The notes beneath the pieces were generated by a model. It did not search any database. It was not told the origin of the DNA and saw nothing but the letters and a program-made list of their open reading frames with translations. From Malacoraja senta (lineage: Eukaryota): a stretch of 63,900 bases of DNA. This document shows positions 23,077 through 36,235 of this stretch, in pieces (position 1 is the first letter of the stretch; every line of letters begins with the position of its first letter). The stretch is from NCBI GenBank assembly GCA_038087875.1, contig CM075989.1:8868001-8931900 (forward strand), given 5' to 3'. Both the position numbers and the translations under genes were made by a program.

Positions 23077-23914
23077 ATGTAATATATCCCATGGCACTCG
23101 GTTCAAATTGGACAGCAGCGTTTCCCCAAGAGTGCTCATTCCTCAACCGAGCTGAGGCCAAACAAGTCGCCAGGCCTTTATCACCATGTTGCTACGGAAA
23201 GCTACTGTTTGGAAACGGGCTCTTTCTTCAAAGACACAACGGTGAAACATGGGCAAATTGGATTAGCTGAGGGCATCTTGGTTTTGGCACGGATGACTTG
23301 GGCCGAAAGGCTCCACAGCTCTATGTTGCTGCTATGAATATTCTTCAAAAGCATTATCATTGGTTGCAAACTGTTTTGGGATGCTACAGAAATAACAATG
23401 GTTGTGACTTTCCTTTTTTAAACAAATCATCTTTTGATTTTGATTTGAATTGTGACATGGTGTCAGGCCATACAGGTTTGTAGGATAATTGGCTTGGTAA
23501 ATGTAAACATTGTCCGTAGTGGGTGTTAATGTGCGGGGATCGCTGGTTGGAGAAAACCCACGCAGGTCACGGGGAGAACGTTCAAACTCCACACAGACAA
23601 GCAGCCGCAAGTCAGGATCGAACCCGTGACCTGGGTCTCTGGCGCCGTAAGGCAGCAACTCTATCGCTGCGCCACTGTGCTGCCCATTGGTTCGAGAAAA
23701 AGAATTGCCTCATCTCTGTTTTCGAACAACAACCTCCTCATTCCAATTTCGTTCAAAAAGGCAAAACAACCTGTCCACACGCACCTAACAAGACCCCTCA
23801 GGGTTTAATGAAGTTTCCTCTCACTCTTCTAAACTCCGGTGGATATAAGCTACCCTGTCCAATTTTACCTCATGAGACACCCCATCCATTTGTAGTCTAG
23901 TATAAACTTTCAGC

Positions 23915-24141
23915 AAACAGACAATAGGCAATAGACAATAGGTGCAGGAGTAGGCCATTCGGCCCTTCGAGCCAGCACCGCCATTCAATGTGATCATGGC
24001 TGATCATCCCTAATCAGTACCCCATTCCTGCCTTCTCCCCATATCCCCTGACTCTGCTATTTTTAAGAGCCCTATCTAGCGCTCTCTTGTAAGCATCCAG
24101 AGAACTGGCCTCCACCGCCCTCTGAGGCAGAGAATTCCACA
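23915..24141 (-). mobile_element. CR1 3' end
   Basis: (CAATAGA)n tail and CR1 3' UTR. Confidence 0.9.
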
Positions 24142-24572
24142 GTTCCCAGTGTATTAAAACAGCTCCCAGTGTATTAAAATTCTTCCTTACATAATAAGAC
24201 GTGTACTGGACACAGTAGTCAGATGCAGTCTCACCAATTCTCTATTTTAATGAAGCAAAGTTTCCCCTCTTTTTATTCAATTTCCCTTGAGATACATGAT
24301 ATAATTCTGCTAGCTTCTATTAGCTAGCCAGAAGATTGGCTGTCTAATAGAAACCAGAGAGCAGACATAGACACCCTTAATTACCTTCCCTAATTACTTG
24401 CTGAAGCTGTATTCCAGTCTTGTGTGAATTGTGCACATTGACACGCAGATCCGTCAACATCTGGACAGAATGGCAAAATGAACAACATGAACATTTTCCC
24501 ACATTATACTCCGTTTGCCAATTCTTTGCCCACTCACTGATCATATTCTCACCGAGCAGCCTCCTTAACAAG

Positions 24573-25192
24573 AGGATTTCAATATAGGAGTAAAGAGGTT
24601 CTTCTGCAGTTGTATAGGGCTCTGGTGAGACCACATCTGGAGTATTGTGTCCAGTTTTGGTCTCCTAATTTGAGGAAGGACATCCTTGTGATTGAGGCAG
24701 TGCAGCGTAGGTTCACGAGATTGATCCCTGGGATGGCGGGACTGTCATATGAGGAAAGATTGAAAAGACTAGGCTTGTATTCACTGGAGTTTAGAAGGAT
24801 GAGAGGGTATCTTATAGAAACATATAAAATTATAAAAGGACTGGACAAGCTAGATGCAGGAAAAATGTTCCCAATGTTGGGCGAGTCCAGAACCAGGGGC
24901 CACAGTCTTAGAATAAAGGGGAGGTCATTTAAGACTGAGGTGAGAATTTTTTTTTCACCCAGAGAGTTGTGAATTTGTGGAATTCCCTGCCACAGAGGGC
25001 AGTGGAGGCCAAGTCACTGGATGGATTTAAGAGAGAGTTAGATAGAGCTCTTGGGGCTAGTGGAATCAAGGGATATGGGGAGAAGGCAGGCACGGGTTAT
25101 TGATTGGGGACGATCAGCCATGATCACAACGACTGGCGGTGCTGGCTCAAAGGGCCGAATGGCCTCCTCCTGCACCTATTTTCTATGTTATG
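24573..25192 (+). mobile_element. CR1 3' end
   Basis: LYRALVRPHLEYCVQFWSP...GLYSLEFRRMRG...RTRGHSLR; sits within older antisense CR1 remnants (about 23790-26200). Confidence 0.92.
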
Positions 25193-26586
25193 TCTTCTTC
25201 ACCGCTGACTTTCCCCCCGATCTTTGTAGCAACAGCAAATGGAGCTAAAGGCATGGTTGCAAATTTGACATCAATGCATTTAGGGTTGTCATCCAAGTCA
25301 GTCATTTAACTGCATAAATATGAAGCCTTATCTCTGATCCATGTGGCATCTCATCTTGTTAATGAAAGGACGTCTACATCTGCTCTCTGGTTTCCATTAG
25401 TCAGGCCATCTTCTGTCCATGTCCATATGTTATCTCCTCCTCCCTGAACTTTCATCTTCCATGACAACCTTATGGTGGGCCTTCTGGAAATCTAAATATA
25501 GAAGCATCCACCAGTTCCTCTTTATTCACAGCACATGTTATTTCTTCAAAGAACTCCAATATATGAGTGTAAAATGATTTCCCTTTCACAAACCCATGTT
25601 GATATTGTCCAATTACCTCTAGGTACACTTCCATAATGCCTTTAATATTTTCCCTTTGACATTTGCTAAGCCAACCGGCCTTAATTTCCTGCTTTCCCTC
25701 CCTTCAAGGAGTCATATTAGCATTCCTGAATCTAAGGAATTTTGGAAAAATGAAACCAATGCCTCTGTTACCACGACCACCACCTCTTCTAAAGCTCTCA
25801 GATGAAGTCCATTGTGGCCTGCAGACTTGTCTATCATGCATTGTCTTTCCGCTGACTGGTTAGCACGCAACAAAAGCTTTTCACTGCAGCTCGGTACATG
25901 TGACAATAAACTGAACTGAACTGAGCTGTCCGCAGCTCCAACTAAGTGCCACTTCCCAAATATCTTGAATTTCTCAATCCCTTCCAAATCCCGATTTGCA
26001 GATATTTGTGGGGTATATCCTCAATAGAGATGATTGAGGCAAAATATCTGTTCATTCATCTGCCATCTCCTTATTTTCCATTATTAACCCCTCAAGCTGG
26101 CTTGGATTCGGATCAATGCTAATCTGTTCTCCATTAATTAACTATAGCTTTAACATGTACTCTACTTTTTTCCGTCCTTGTTCAATTTGTAGTAATTTGT
26201 TGGTGTTTTGTATACTCAGCACAATCTTCTGACCTGCCACTGGTCTTTGTGCATTTAATATGCTGACAAATTTCCCTGGAAAATAATCTCCAGTGAATTG
26301 TTTCGCTCCCAGTTCACCACGGCTGGGAGTTGTGGAGTTGCTACTCACTGCACCGCATGTTCATGTAATTTGAATGTGAAATAACAGAAGATGTTTCTGC
26401 TAATGTAACAGTATTTACTTTAAGTACAAATTTGACCTTTTGGAAGATTATTCAAAGCTTTCTCACTTGCTATCTTAGACAGGTCATGTTTCTTTCTAAC
26501 CCCGACTTCCTATTTTCTCCAAGCTACCAACAAGCTCCTCTCTCTCAGTGTATTCATCTTGATGCCGCCACTGCCTGATAAAATCA

Positions 26587-26860
26587 CGCCAGAGACCAGA
26601 GTTCGATCCTGGCTACGGGTGTTGTCTATAAGGAGTTTGTACGTTCTCCCCGTGACCACGTGGGTTTTCTCCGGGTGCTCCGGTTTCCTCCCACACTCCA
26701 AAGACGTACAGGTTTGTCAGTTAATTGGCTTCGGTAAAAATGGTAAAATGTCCATAGTGTGTAGGATAGCGCTAGTGTACGGGGATCACAGGTCGGCGTG
26801 GACTCGGTGGGCCGAAGGGCCTGTTTACGCACTTTCTCTAAACTAAACTAAACGAAACTA
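26587..26860 (+). mobile_element. HE1-like SINE
   Basis: B box, body and (CTAAA)n tail. Confidence 0.88.
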
Positions 26861-27935
26861 ATCTCTAAACATTGGGAAAATGGGGGGGGGGGGAACAACA
26901 GAATCTCCACGTTGGGCAGTTACGAGCCATCTGATTGGCATGGGGGAAAGATGGATAACCAATGGGGGAGTGTGGAGCCCTTGACACCACCAAGGGCTTG
27001 GCCAAAGTTGGCACCAGAGTAATGGCAGGTCAGTGAAGCTTTAAAGGCCCTCACTGCCAGTACAATTCAAGCCCAATAGTTAACAGCCTCAGAACTGAAG
27101 TAAAAGTCTCCCACTGTAAAATACATCTCTCGTAGAGATGCAAGATAGACACAAAAAGCTGGAGTAACTCAGCGGGGCAGGCAGCATCTCTGGAGAGAAG
27201 GAATGGGTGACGTTTCTTCTTCAGACTTTTATAGAGGTGCCTTCTTTTCATGTTACACATACAGTTGATTCTTACTGACCTTCTGAGAAGCCTGGGATGA
27301 TATTTGATCCAAATACTATTTAACCTCTCCACTTAACAAATCTCCTCAAGCAGATTCCACCCCCACAATTTCCTCCCCTTGGTTATCTTACCTTTATGTG
27401 CCTCATGAAATCCACATGATCACGTGTCGAATGTTAATATATCACAAGGTGAACTTTCACGATGCAAAAGCCCTTTCAGCAAGTGTGAAACAAGGAACTA
27501 TGTGGTACAAACGTAACAGCCTCTGGCATCCAAAACACTGCAGCCTTGTAATTGTGAGGGAGTTTGTATTTCAATGAACATTGGCAGCAGATACAGATCT
27601 CGTCTCTCTCTCTCACTCCTATCTCTCTCTCTCTCTCTGTCACACATACATGGATACATGCAGCTGGGAGGTCTAATTGGCTGAGGCCAGAGAAGACAAT
27701 GAAAGGCTTCCTATCTCTCGAGTGTAGGTCAGTCGGGAAGCCAATCAAATTCCGCTTGGAAGTCCTCCCCTCCAATACACTCTGCCAACCCCCAGAGTGG
27801 ATGTTGTACCTTGCGGAATCACTGGTTCACTCTCAGCAGAAAGATAAAAGTAAAACGAGTTTTCTGAGTACCACACTTTGGGAAGGGTGCCCATGACTGA
27901 GCGGGGATTGTCCCGATCTACAGTTTTGTTTATTT

Positions 27936-28225
27936 TAGTTTAGTTTAGAGATACAGGGCAGAAACAGGCCCTTCGGCCCACCGAGTCCGGGCCAACCAGC
28001 GATCACCCTGTACACTGACACTATCCTACACACTAGGGTTGTATTTTACCGAAGCCAATCAACCTACAAACCTGTACGTCTTTGGAGCGTGGGAAGAAAC
28101 CGGAGCTCCCAGATAAAACCCACGCAGTCACGGGGAGAACATACAAACTCCGTACAGACAGTACCCGTAGTCAGGATCTCTGGCGCTGTAAGGCAGCAGC
28201 TCTACCCCCGCGCCACGTGCCACCC
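27936..28225 (-). mobile_element. HE1-like SINE
   Basis: Matches other copies. Confidence 0.88.
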
Positions 28226-29071
28226 AAGGAGGTAACACGAGGAGAAGGCTGAACTGTCCTTCCCCAAGCAGAATAGGTTTAAGAGAAGGTTACTAACGCG
28301 GTTCAAAATTGTGGTGGGGAGGGCGATGGTTTAACAGGGTACATGAGGTGAGATTGGTTGCACTGGCAGAAGGATTGGGAATCAGAGAGAACACATTGAC
28401 AGTAAGTAGCAAAAGAACTGAAGGTAAGGTGCTTAACAATTACTTCCGCCACTGATGCTACGGTGTGGACCCTGTGGAAGGATTGTGGAAGCAAATATAA
28501 TATTTTTTAATAACAATATCTCCCCTCGACTCCTACATTCCTTCCTCTGGCTTCACAATTTGTAACTCTTCATCCTGCCTGTCTCACACCTTCTGCTTTT
28601 GTCTCTGGACTTTGTTCCAACCATTCACCTATCAAAAACCCATCCCCCCTCACCTGTGTCCACCTGTTACCTGCCGCGTTTTGGCACAACGAACAGTTTG
28701 AAGAAGGTTCCCGACTCCAAACGTCACCTATCCATGTTCTCCAGAGATGCTGCCTGACCCACTGAGTTACTCCAGCACTTGGTGTCCTTTTGTGTAAGCC
28801 AGCATTTGCAGTTCCTTGTTTCTACATATATTTATTTTTAAACAGCTTTGGATAAGCACACAAAGAAACCCCGATGGAGAAAGAACAGGAAAGAGGTTTC
28901 AAAGAGCTGACAGTGACACAATGAATCTAATGGCCTCATTCTAAACCATCAACCAATGGTCACAGCGGGCCGCTGACTGACAAATTACTTGAGAAGCCAA
29001 GGCAGGGAAATAAGCTCAGATCCCCACTCTGGACCGCAGATTTATTTAGCAACAAACAATCTGTTGGAGGA

Positions 29072-29430
29072 CAGACACAAAATGCTGGAGTAACTCAGCG
29101 GGCCAGGCAGCATCTCTGGAGAAAAGGAATAGGTGACGTTTCGGGTCGAGACCCTTCTTCAGACTGAGAGTCAGGGGGAAGGGAAACGAGAGATATAGAC
29201 GGTGATGTAGAGAGATATAGAATTTGTTATTCATTTGATATTCTTTTCTTCTCTATCTCTCTATGTCACCGTCTATACCTCTCATTTCCATTCCCCCTGA
29301 CTCTCAGTCTGAAGGGTCTCGACCCAAAACGTCATCTATTCCTTCTCTCCAGAGATGCTGTCTGACCCGCTGAGTTAGTCCAGCTTTTTGTTCCTATCTT
29401 CGGTTTAAACGAGCATCTGTAGTTCCTTCT
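29072..29430. mobile_element. Penelope-derived palindrome; intact hammerhead motif on - strand at 29135-29162
   Basis: About 150-bp inverted arms centred near 29235. Confidence 0.85.
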
Positions 29431-31664
29431 GTTGCGGGGAACTCAGCGGGTCAGGCAGCATCTGTGGTGGGGGGAGGGGGGAGGGGGGGGTAAGGCGCGG
29501 TTGATGTTTCGGGCCGATTCCTGTTCTATGAAGCCTCTGGAAAAAGTGTGTGTGAGTACCTTTCTCGCACGGCGCCACAGTTTGTAATTAAGCCACATGG
29601 AACAAGGAATCCCACGTTTGATCCAAGAATGAGATGAATAATTCGGGGCTGCAGATTCCTGCAACACATTACACACAGGGAAGGGACCCAAAATAAAGCA
29701 GCCAGCAATCCCGCTCTTACAGTCAGTTCAACAACCAGGGCAACTTGTAGTATTCACACATCCAGAGTCTCTGTCCCTGTGTTGCCTAATGCAATGTGAA
29801 TGCCTGGAGTCACAGCAAGCAAATGACTGCACAGTCAATAACATCAGAAGATAGACACAAAATGCTGGAGTGACTCAGCGGGTCAGTTTGCTCAGAAAAC
29901 AGCCTCAGAAAGAGTGGAGGAAATCACAGCAACTTATGAAAGAAATCACAGCAACTTTTCCCGATCGCAGCAGGATTTCGTTTTGTGACGAGCGGGTGAA
30001 TTCTGTGTTCCAATTCAATCTCAACAACACCGTCGCTGGGAGACACAAGAGATTGCAGATGCTCCAATCTGTAGCAAAAAGAGTAGAGAGGCTGGAGGGT
30101 CAGGCAGCATCTGTGGAGGGAATAGACAGTCGACACTTCAGGCTGAAACTCTGCATCTACACTGAAGTGTAGAGCGGGTGGTGAATCTGTGGAATTCATG
30201 GCCACAGAGGGCTGTGGAGGCCGAGTCAATGGATATTTTTGATGGCAGAGATAGATAGTTTGTTGATTAGTATGGGTGTCATGGGGTTATGGGGATCAGG
30301 CAGGAGAACGGGGTTAGGAAGGAAATATAGATCAGCCATGATTGAATGGCAGAGTAGACTTGATGTACTGAATGGCTGAATTCTGCTCCTGTCACTTATC
30401 CATTCCCTTCCACAGTTGCTGCCGAACCTGCTGAGTTCTTCCAGCTCAATGGTTCGATAGTTCTTTATTGTCACGTACTGTATACACTCCACAGTGAAAT
30501 TCTTCTTGCATAGCTCACACATGCACGAGTCGTTGTATTTTGGTGCCATGTACAAAAGTCCAAAGTCCACGTACTGGACCGGCTCCTGATCCAGTCAAAG
30601 CCCCAGACCGCTGCAGGGCCGCGTCCATCGCCCCCCGACCTGTTCGGCCTACAGAATGCTTGCTCTCTTGAATGGATCCAAACAATCCAACAGTGCTATT
30701 CTGAAAAAGTGGAAAGGGATTGTTGGAGGTTACCAGGGATGCTTCCTGACCTGCTGAGTTACTCCAGCGCTTTGTGTCTTGGTTCTACAATCCAACAAGG
30801 CAGTTGTGTTCCTGCCTTCTGCGGTCAGGGATCCAGTTGCCGAGCACACTGCTGGTATTTATTGTTGCACAGGACACAGTCGTCAGCTGCATTCCCACTG
30901 CACAAGAACTAAAGATGTTATAATGAGGAATACAAGGAAGCCTGATGAAGGTCGTCCAGTGCCACAGATGTTGCAATTCTGCTTCAAAGTGGGCCTTCAG
31001 ACACACGCACGGACATCTGGTCAAGTTCTGAGAATGGTTATTTTTGGTCTTTTTTTTTGTCGATTTCCTGGTGAGACTCAGCTGCTCGGTTAGTCTGATG
31101 CCTGCCTCTGAAGAAGGGTCTCGACCCGAAAACGTCACTTATTCCTTTTCTCCAGAGAGGCTGTCTCTCCTGCTGAGTTACTCCAGCTTTTTGTGGCTAT
31201 CTTCCTGCCTCAAGCACGTTCACAAGTTCTAGGAGTAGAATTAGGCCATTCGGCCCATCGAGTCTACTCCGCCATTCAATCGCGGCTGATCTCTGCCTCC
31301 TAATCCCATTTTCCTGCCTTCTCCCCATAACCCTGGACACCCGTTCTAATCAAGAATTTGTCTATCTCTGCCTTAAAAAATATCCACTGACTTGGCCTCC
31401 ACAGCCCTCTGTGGCAATGTGTTCCACAGATTAACTACTCTCTGACTAAAGAAGTTCCTCCTCACCTGCTTTCTGTAACCAGCCCAAGTTACAGAGGGAG
31501 ACCTGAGGGAGGTGATGCAGGCGTCAGCAGGCACAGTTTGGGATTGAGGGAACTGGGAGTAATTGTGTGCGGGAATGTGCGAGGGACATTTGCAGAATCT
31601 GCTGCTTCTGATTAATGCCCAGTAGAGATGAATGGAGGAGGCTCAGAATTTAGGTTTTTCATTT

Positions 31665-31985
31665 TTTAGAGATACAGTGTGGAAACTGGCCCATCGGCCC
31701 ACCGAGTCCACACCGACTACTAATACACTAGTTCTATCCTACACACTAGGGACAATTTAAATAAGTAAGTTTATTGGCCAAGTATTCACATACAAGGAAT
31801 TTGCCTTGGTGCTCCGCCCACAAGAAGCCAATTAACCTAGAAACCTGCACGTTTATGGAATATGGGAAGAAACCGGAGATCCCGGTCGCTGGGAGAACGT
31901 ACAAACTCCGCACAGACAGCACCCGTAGTCAGGATCGAACCCGGGTCTCTGACGCTGTGAGGCAGTGACTCTATCGCTGCGCCAC
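31665..31985 (-). mobile_element. HE1-like SINE with a short internal insertion
   Basis: Matches other copies apart from about 31760-31822. Confidence 0.8.
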
Positions 31986-32513
31986 TCTTAACTCCAACAC
32001 TTTGTGTCTTTTTCTTACTATTTACGAGATCTTGCTGTGTACAGATTGCTGTGTTCCAGCAGTGAACCAGGCATCACAGAGGCGGTTCAGCGCCGGTGAG
32101 AAGCACCAGACAACCAGGGCTTTCGTTCCCATTTATCTGAGTTCCGAGATGCTGGAGTGGAGGAGGGAGCAAGTCAATGGTCGGGGTTAACAAGGGGCGG
32201 ACATTTCTTGTCTCTCCTTCCCTTCTGGAAATATTTCTATTTCAATAAGGCCTTTCACACACTTTCGTTGCCAAAAATAGAGACCATCTGGGAACCAAGA
32301 AACAAACGGGAAAGCCATGTTGTGAATCACTGTCTGTCGTGTGATTGCTTGACCAAGATGCCCAGAGGGGAAATCTGGGTTCAAACATCTCCAGCAGGAT
32401 TGCATTCTTTCAGTGGAGTGGGCTGTAAAAAGCCATTCCAGTTCAGGCCAATTTCTTTATTGCCTCTCTGCTTACTGGTGCAAACATTCTTGTCTTGCGT
32501 TGGTGCAGTCTTA

Positions 32514-32990
32514 AGGGCCTGTCCCACTTGGGCGACCTAATTGGCAAGTATAGAAGAGTTTTAAAAAATGACATGTTGAAGACCTCCTTCGACTATGTTG
32601 AAGACTAGCTACGACTAGCTACGGGAAAATTGGACACCGAATAAGTGGAGAGTAAAGACGACTTCCTTCGATCTCCTTCGACCTCCCTTCGACTATGATG
32701 AAGACCATCTTCGACTACCTTCGACTACCTACGAGTAACATGGCGACCTACTACGACTAAGGCTATGAAAAAGTATCGATTTTTTCCATGGGAACCGTTT
32801 TTTACTCGCGGGCATTTTTTAACATGTTGAAAAAATCGCCGCAACCTAGCTGAGGCCCTCGAGTACGCGGAGACCACTCTCGAGCATGAAGGAGGGTTAC
32901 GAAGACCTCCTACGACCTTGTGACGACCATGCTGCGAGTATGAGTCGAGGGCCAATTCGCGGATTCGGTCGCCCAAGTGTGACAGGCCCT
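32514..32990. mobile_element. PIF/Harbinger-type MITE
   Basis: TIR AGGGCCTGTCCCACTTGGGCGACC / GGTCGCCCAAGTGTGACAGGCCCT; TTA TSD at 32511-32513 and 32991-32993. Confidence 0.9.
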
Positions 32991-33217
32991 TTATGCTTAT
33001 TCCTGTCACTGCAACGTTCTGCTCTATCTATTATCCCTGTGATTTATCTCTCTTCAATTATCACTGGCCCTTTTCCCAGTGGTCTCTCCACCCATATCCG
33101 ATTTTCTTTGTGTTCGGCAGCCAGGTCGCCAGTTCTCCCGTTGGACAAGTTCCCAGAGGTGTCACCTTACACCTTGATCCGTCGAATCCAATTAAGCTGT
33201 CCTCTCCCCTTATTAGA

Positions 33218-33412
33218 GCACAAAGAGGTGGAGTAACTCAGCGAGTCAGGCAGCATCTCTGGAGGACATGGATAAGCGACGTTTCGGGTCGGGACCCTTC
33301 TTCAGACTGAAACGTCACCTGTCCATGTCCTCCAGAGATGCTGCCTGGCCCGCTGAGTTACTCCAGCACTCTGTGTTCTGCACAAGGTTCCAGCATCTAC
33401 AGTTCCTTTTGT
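33218..33412. mobile_element. Penelope-derived palindrome; hammerhead motif on - strand at 33278-33305
   Basis: Inverted arms GGAGTAACTCAGCG / CGCTGAGTTACTCC. Confidence 0.85.
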
Positions 33413-34649
33413 CTCTCCGTTATATTTATAACGAATAAACTAAAGAGTTAAAGGAAATGATAAAAAAGACAGCATTTCTTTCAATGACCTTGCAGCTTTT
33501 CTCCCACATTGTGATAACAGTGTTATTCAGTAACATCATTCGTGGACTGTCTTGTCCAATATTAGGCCTGGGCTCAGTTCCTGACAGTGGTGTTGATAGT
33601 GCTCTGACCCCACTTCCTCTTCCTCCTGCTTCCTTATCTGTATTTATTTTCAGCTTCAGCCATTACCATACCCTGCCTCAAAACTCTTAATTGTCTGCTC
33701 AGCCAATGCCTCACAGATTGCAATTATCTTCAAGGTGGAAAAAAAAATTCCTCCGCAGATCCCCTCTAAACCTTCTACCCCTCACTCTAAAGCTGTGGTC
33801 CCTAGTAATAGACATCTCTGGCTATGGGGAAACTTGTGCTGCTATCTATGCCGCTTTCTCTCAGATCCTCCCCCAACCTCCCCTAATCCAAAGCAAACAA
33901 ACCCAGCCTATCCAATCTCCTCTTGACTGGAATGGTCCATGTTGGACAATATCCTGGTGAAGATGAACACAATAAGCTGGAGTAACTCAGCGGGACAGGC
34001 AGCATCTATGGAGAGAAGGAATGGGTGACGTTTCGGGTCGAGACCCTTCTTCAGACATCCTGATGAATCTCCTCTGTACTATTTCCAGTCCTTCCTATGA
34101 TGTGGCAACCAGAGTCATAGACACTACTCCAGCTGTGGCCCAGCCAACGTTTCATACAGTTGACCCAAGACATTCCTGCTCGTGTGTTCTCTGCTCATTA
34201 CCACATGTAATGGCCACATTGCATTTTTGTTTGGTGATGTTGATTGAGTGATCAATTTGTGGAATTCATTGTCACACAAGGCTGTGGAGTCCAAGTCAAT
34301 GGATAAGGCAGAGATAGATAGATTCTTGATTAGTACGGATGTCAGGGGTTATGGGGAGAAGGGAGGAGAATGGGGTTGAATGGGAGAGATAGATCAGCCA
34401 TGATTGAATGGCGGAGTAGACTTGATGGGCCGAATGGCCTAATTCTGCTCCTATGAACTTATGATCAGCATTGGTAAAATCCCACAGCATTAACAGGCTT
34501 GTGTGAGAATCTCCTCCACCATCCAGCTACTCCATTGTGTATCGGGAGGAAAGATTCACCCAGGCCTCTGTTGCTGCTCAGTGCTTGCTGGACAAACCCT
34601 GGTCTTCTCAAGTCCTCAACTCATGGTCAAATAATCAAAAACATTCCTG

Positions 34650-35105
34650 AACAGAAACACAGAGTGAAAGCCAAGGCATTCCAGCAATGCAGAGAGTTGT
34701 GGATGTAGCCTAGTACACCAGACAAAGCAGCCTCCGCCCCCAACGACTATACCTACACCTCACGCTGCCCTCGGGAAAACAGCCAACATAATCAAGGACC
34801 GCTCACATCAGGGTCATTCCCTCTTCCACCCTCTCCTATAAGTCAGACAGTACAAAACCATGTACTGTCAGCTTCTTCCCCGCTGTTATCAAACTACTGA
34901 GCTGTTATCAAAACTTCCCCGCTGTTATCAAACTCTCATCAGCCACAGGTGTAGTCCCGATCTCCCAACCTACCTCATTGCAGCCTTTCCATTTTGTTTT
35001 CTCCTGCACTGTGCTCAAGTATGGTATAAAATGACTGGATAGCATTCAGTAACAGCAACGTTTTTCATTGTGCCTCAGTGCAGGTGACAAGAATAAACCA
35101 ATACC
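34650..35105 (+). mobile_element. Degraded Rex1/Babar 3' fragment
   Basis: NIIKD..H.GHSLF..L remnant, similar to 56050-56110. Confidence 0.6.
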
Positions 35106-35139
35106 GATACGGACACGAAGATGGGGCGGTCATTGTCAG

Positions 35140-35533
35140 CAAAGATCCTATAGCGAGCAAGATGGTCCACTCGACGAAAAAGACGTAGTACGGTCATGGG
35201 CAGATTCATGGGTAATTTAAGGCCCCATTTCCGTAACCGGCTTCTGTCTCCGCACCAAAGATCCCATAGGATACTAGTGCGGAGACGGAAGCCGGTTATG
35301 GAAACATCCTCGTAAAAATTAAAGTTATTTGGTAGAAATCTTCTCCTCATTTTCAAAATTTTAATTTATTAACACAAACTGTTCCCCCGCAACGTTGATT
35401 ACACTGCGAGTCGGGTCGGGTCGGGTTACGGAAATGGATGAAAAAAGGCCCATGTTCCGTTCCGTTGCGTACTACACGTCAGCCCATTGCATTTAGCAGG
35501 AGTGGTCTATCTTACTCCGCTATAGGATCTTTG
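35140..35533. mobile_element. MITE with 8-bp TSD, putative P-element superfamily
   Basis: Perfect 16-bp TIR CAAAGATCCTATAGCG extending imperfectly to about 32 bp; exact TSD ATTGTCAG at 35132-35139 and 35534-35541; superfamily assignment is inferred. Confidence 0.8.
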
Positions 35534-35980
35534 ATTGTCAGAGCACTCATCACACTGCCTCTCACAGGCTCTCAGAGTCTCTCAAAGGAACCTGCTTTCA
35601 AATCAATGGCATCCAGAATTAGTCGTTCATTAAACCCAAGGTTTCCGAGTGTTAATATTTAACACAGCTAATCAGCAAATATTCCCAGGAATAACAACAC
35701 AGTGACCTTCCCTGGTTCCCGAGAGCCACTATCTGCTTGGGAACTGTGGTGAAACCTTTGCTGACTGTGTCCTGGACTGTAATCAGTTTAATCTGGTTCA
35801 ACACATAAAAACTGAAGATATTTCAGCCTGGAAGCGCACAAGGAACTCGTGCCTCTCCACATTGACTGTGGGTCACAAATAGATTGCCCCAAGACAACAT
35901 TGATTCAGTCGTTCCGAAACATTTACTGCTGAAGTATTGTTTACTAAAGAAAACAAGCAAGACCTGCATTTATAGAAATG

Positions 35981-36235
35981 AGGAACTGCAGATATTGGTT
36001 TATACCAAAGGCAGACACAACATGCTGGAGTAACTCAGCAGGACAGGCAGCATCTCGGGAGAGAAGTAATGGGTGACGTTTCGGTCGAGACCCTTCTTCA
36101 GACTTCAGAAGAAGGGTCTCGACCCGAAACGTCACCCATTCCTTCTTTCTAGAGAAGCTGCCTGTCCCGCTGAGTTACTCCAGCATTTTGTGTCTATCTT
36201 TGATTTAAACCAGCATCTGCAGTTCTTTCCTACAC
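35981..36235. mobile_element. Penelope-derived palindrome with back-to-back hammerhead-like motifs
   Basis: About 120-bp inverted arms centred near 36103. Confidence 0.88.

Noticed and set aside
29870..30172. 100-aa ORF with a unique central part
   Set aside because: Both ends lie in Penelope repeats; no recognisable protein or clear splice sites
30779..31093. Possible host exon in unique sequence
   Set aside because: No recognisable protein similarity and weak splice signals; cannot be fully excluded without RNA-seq
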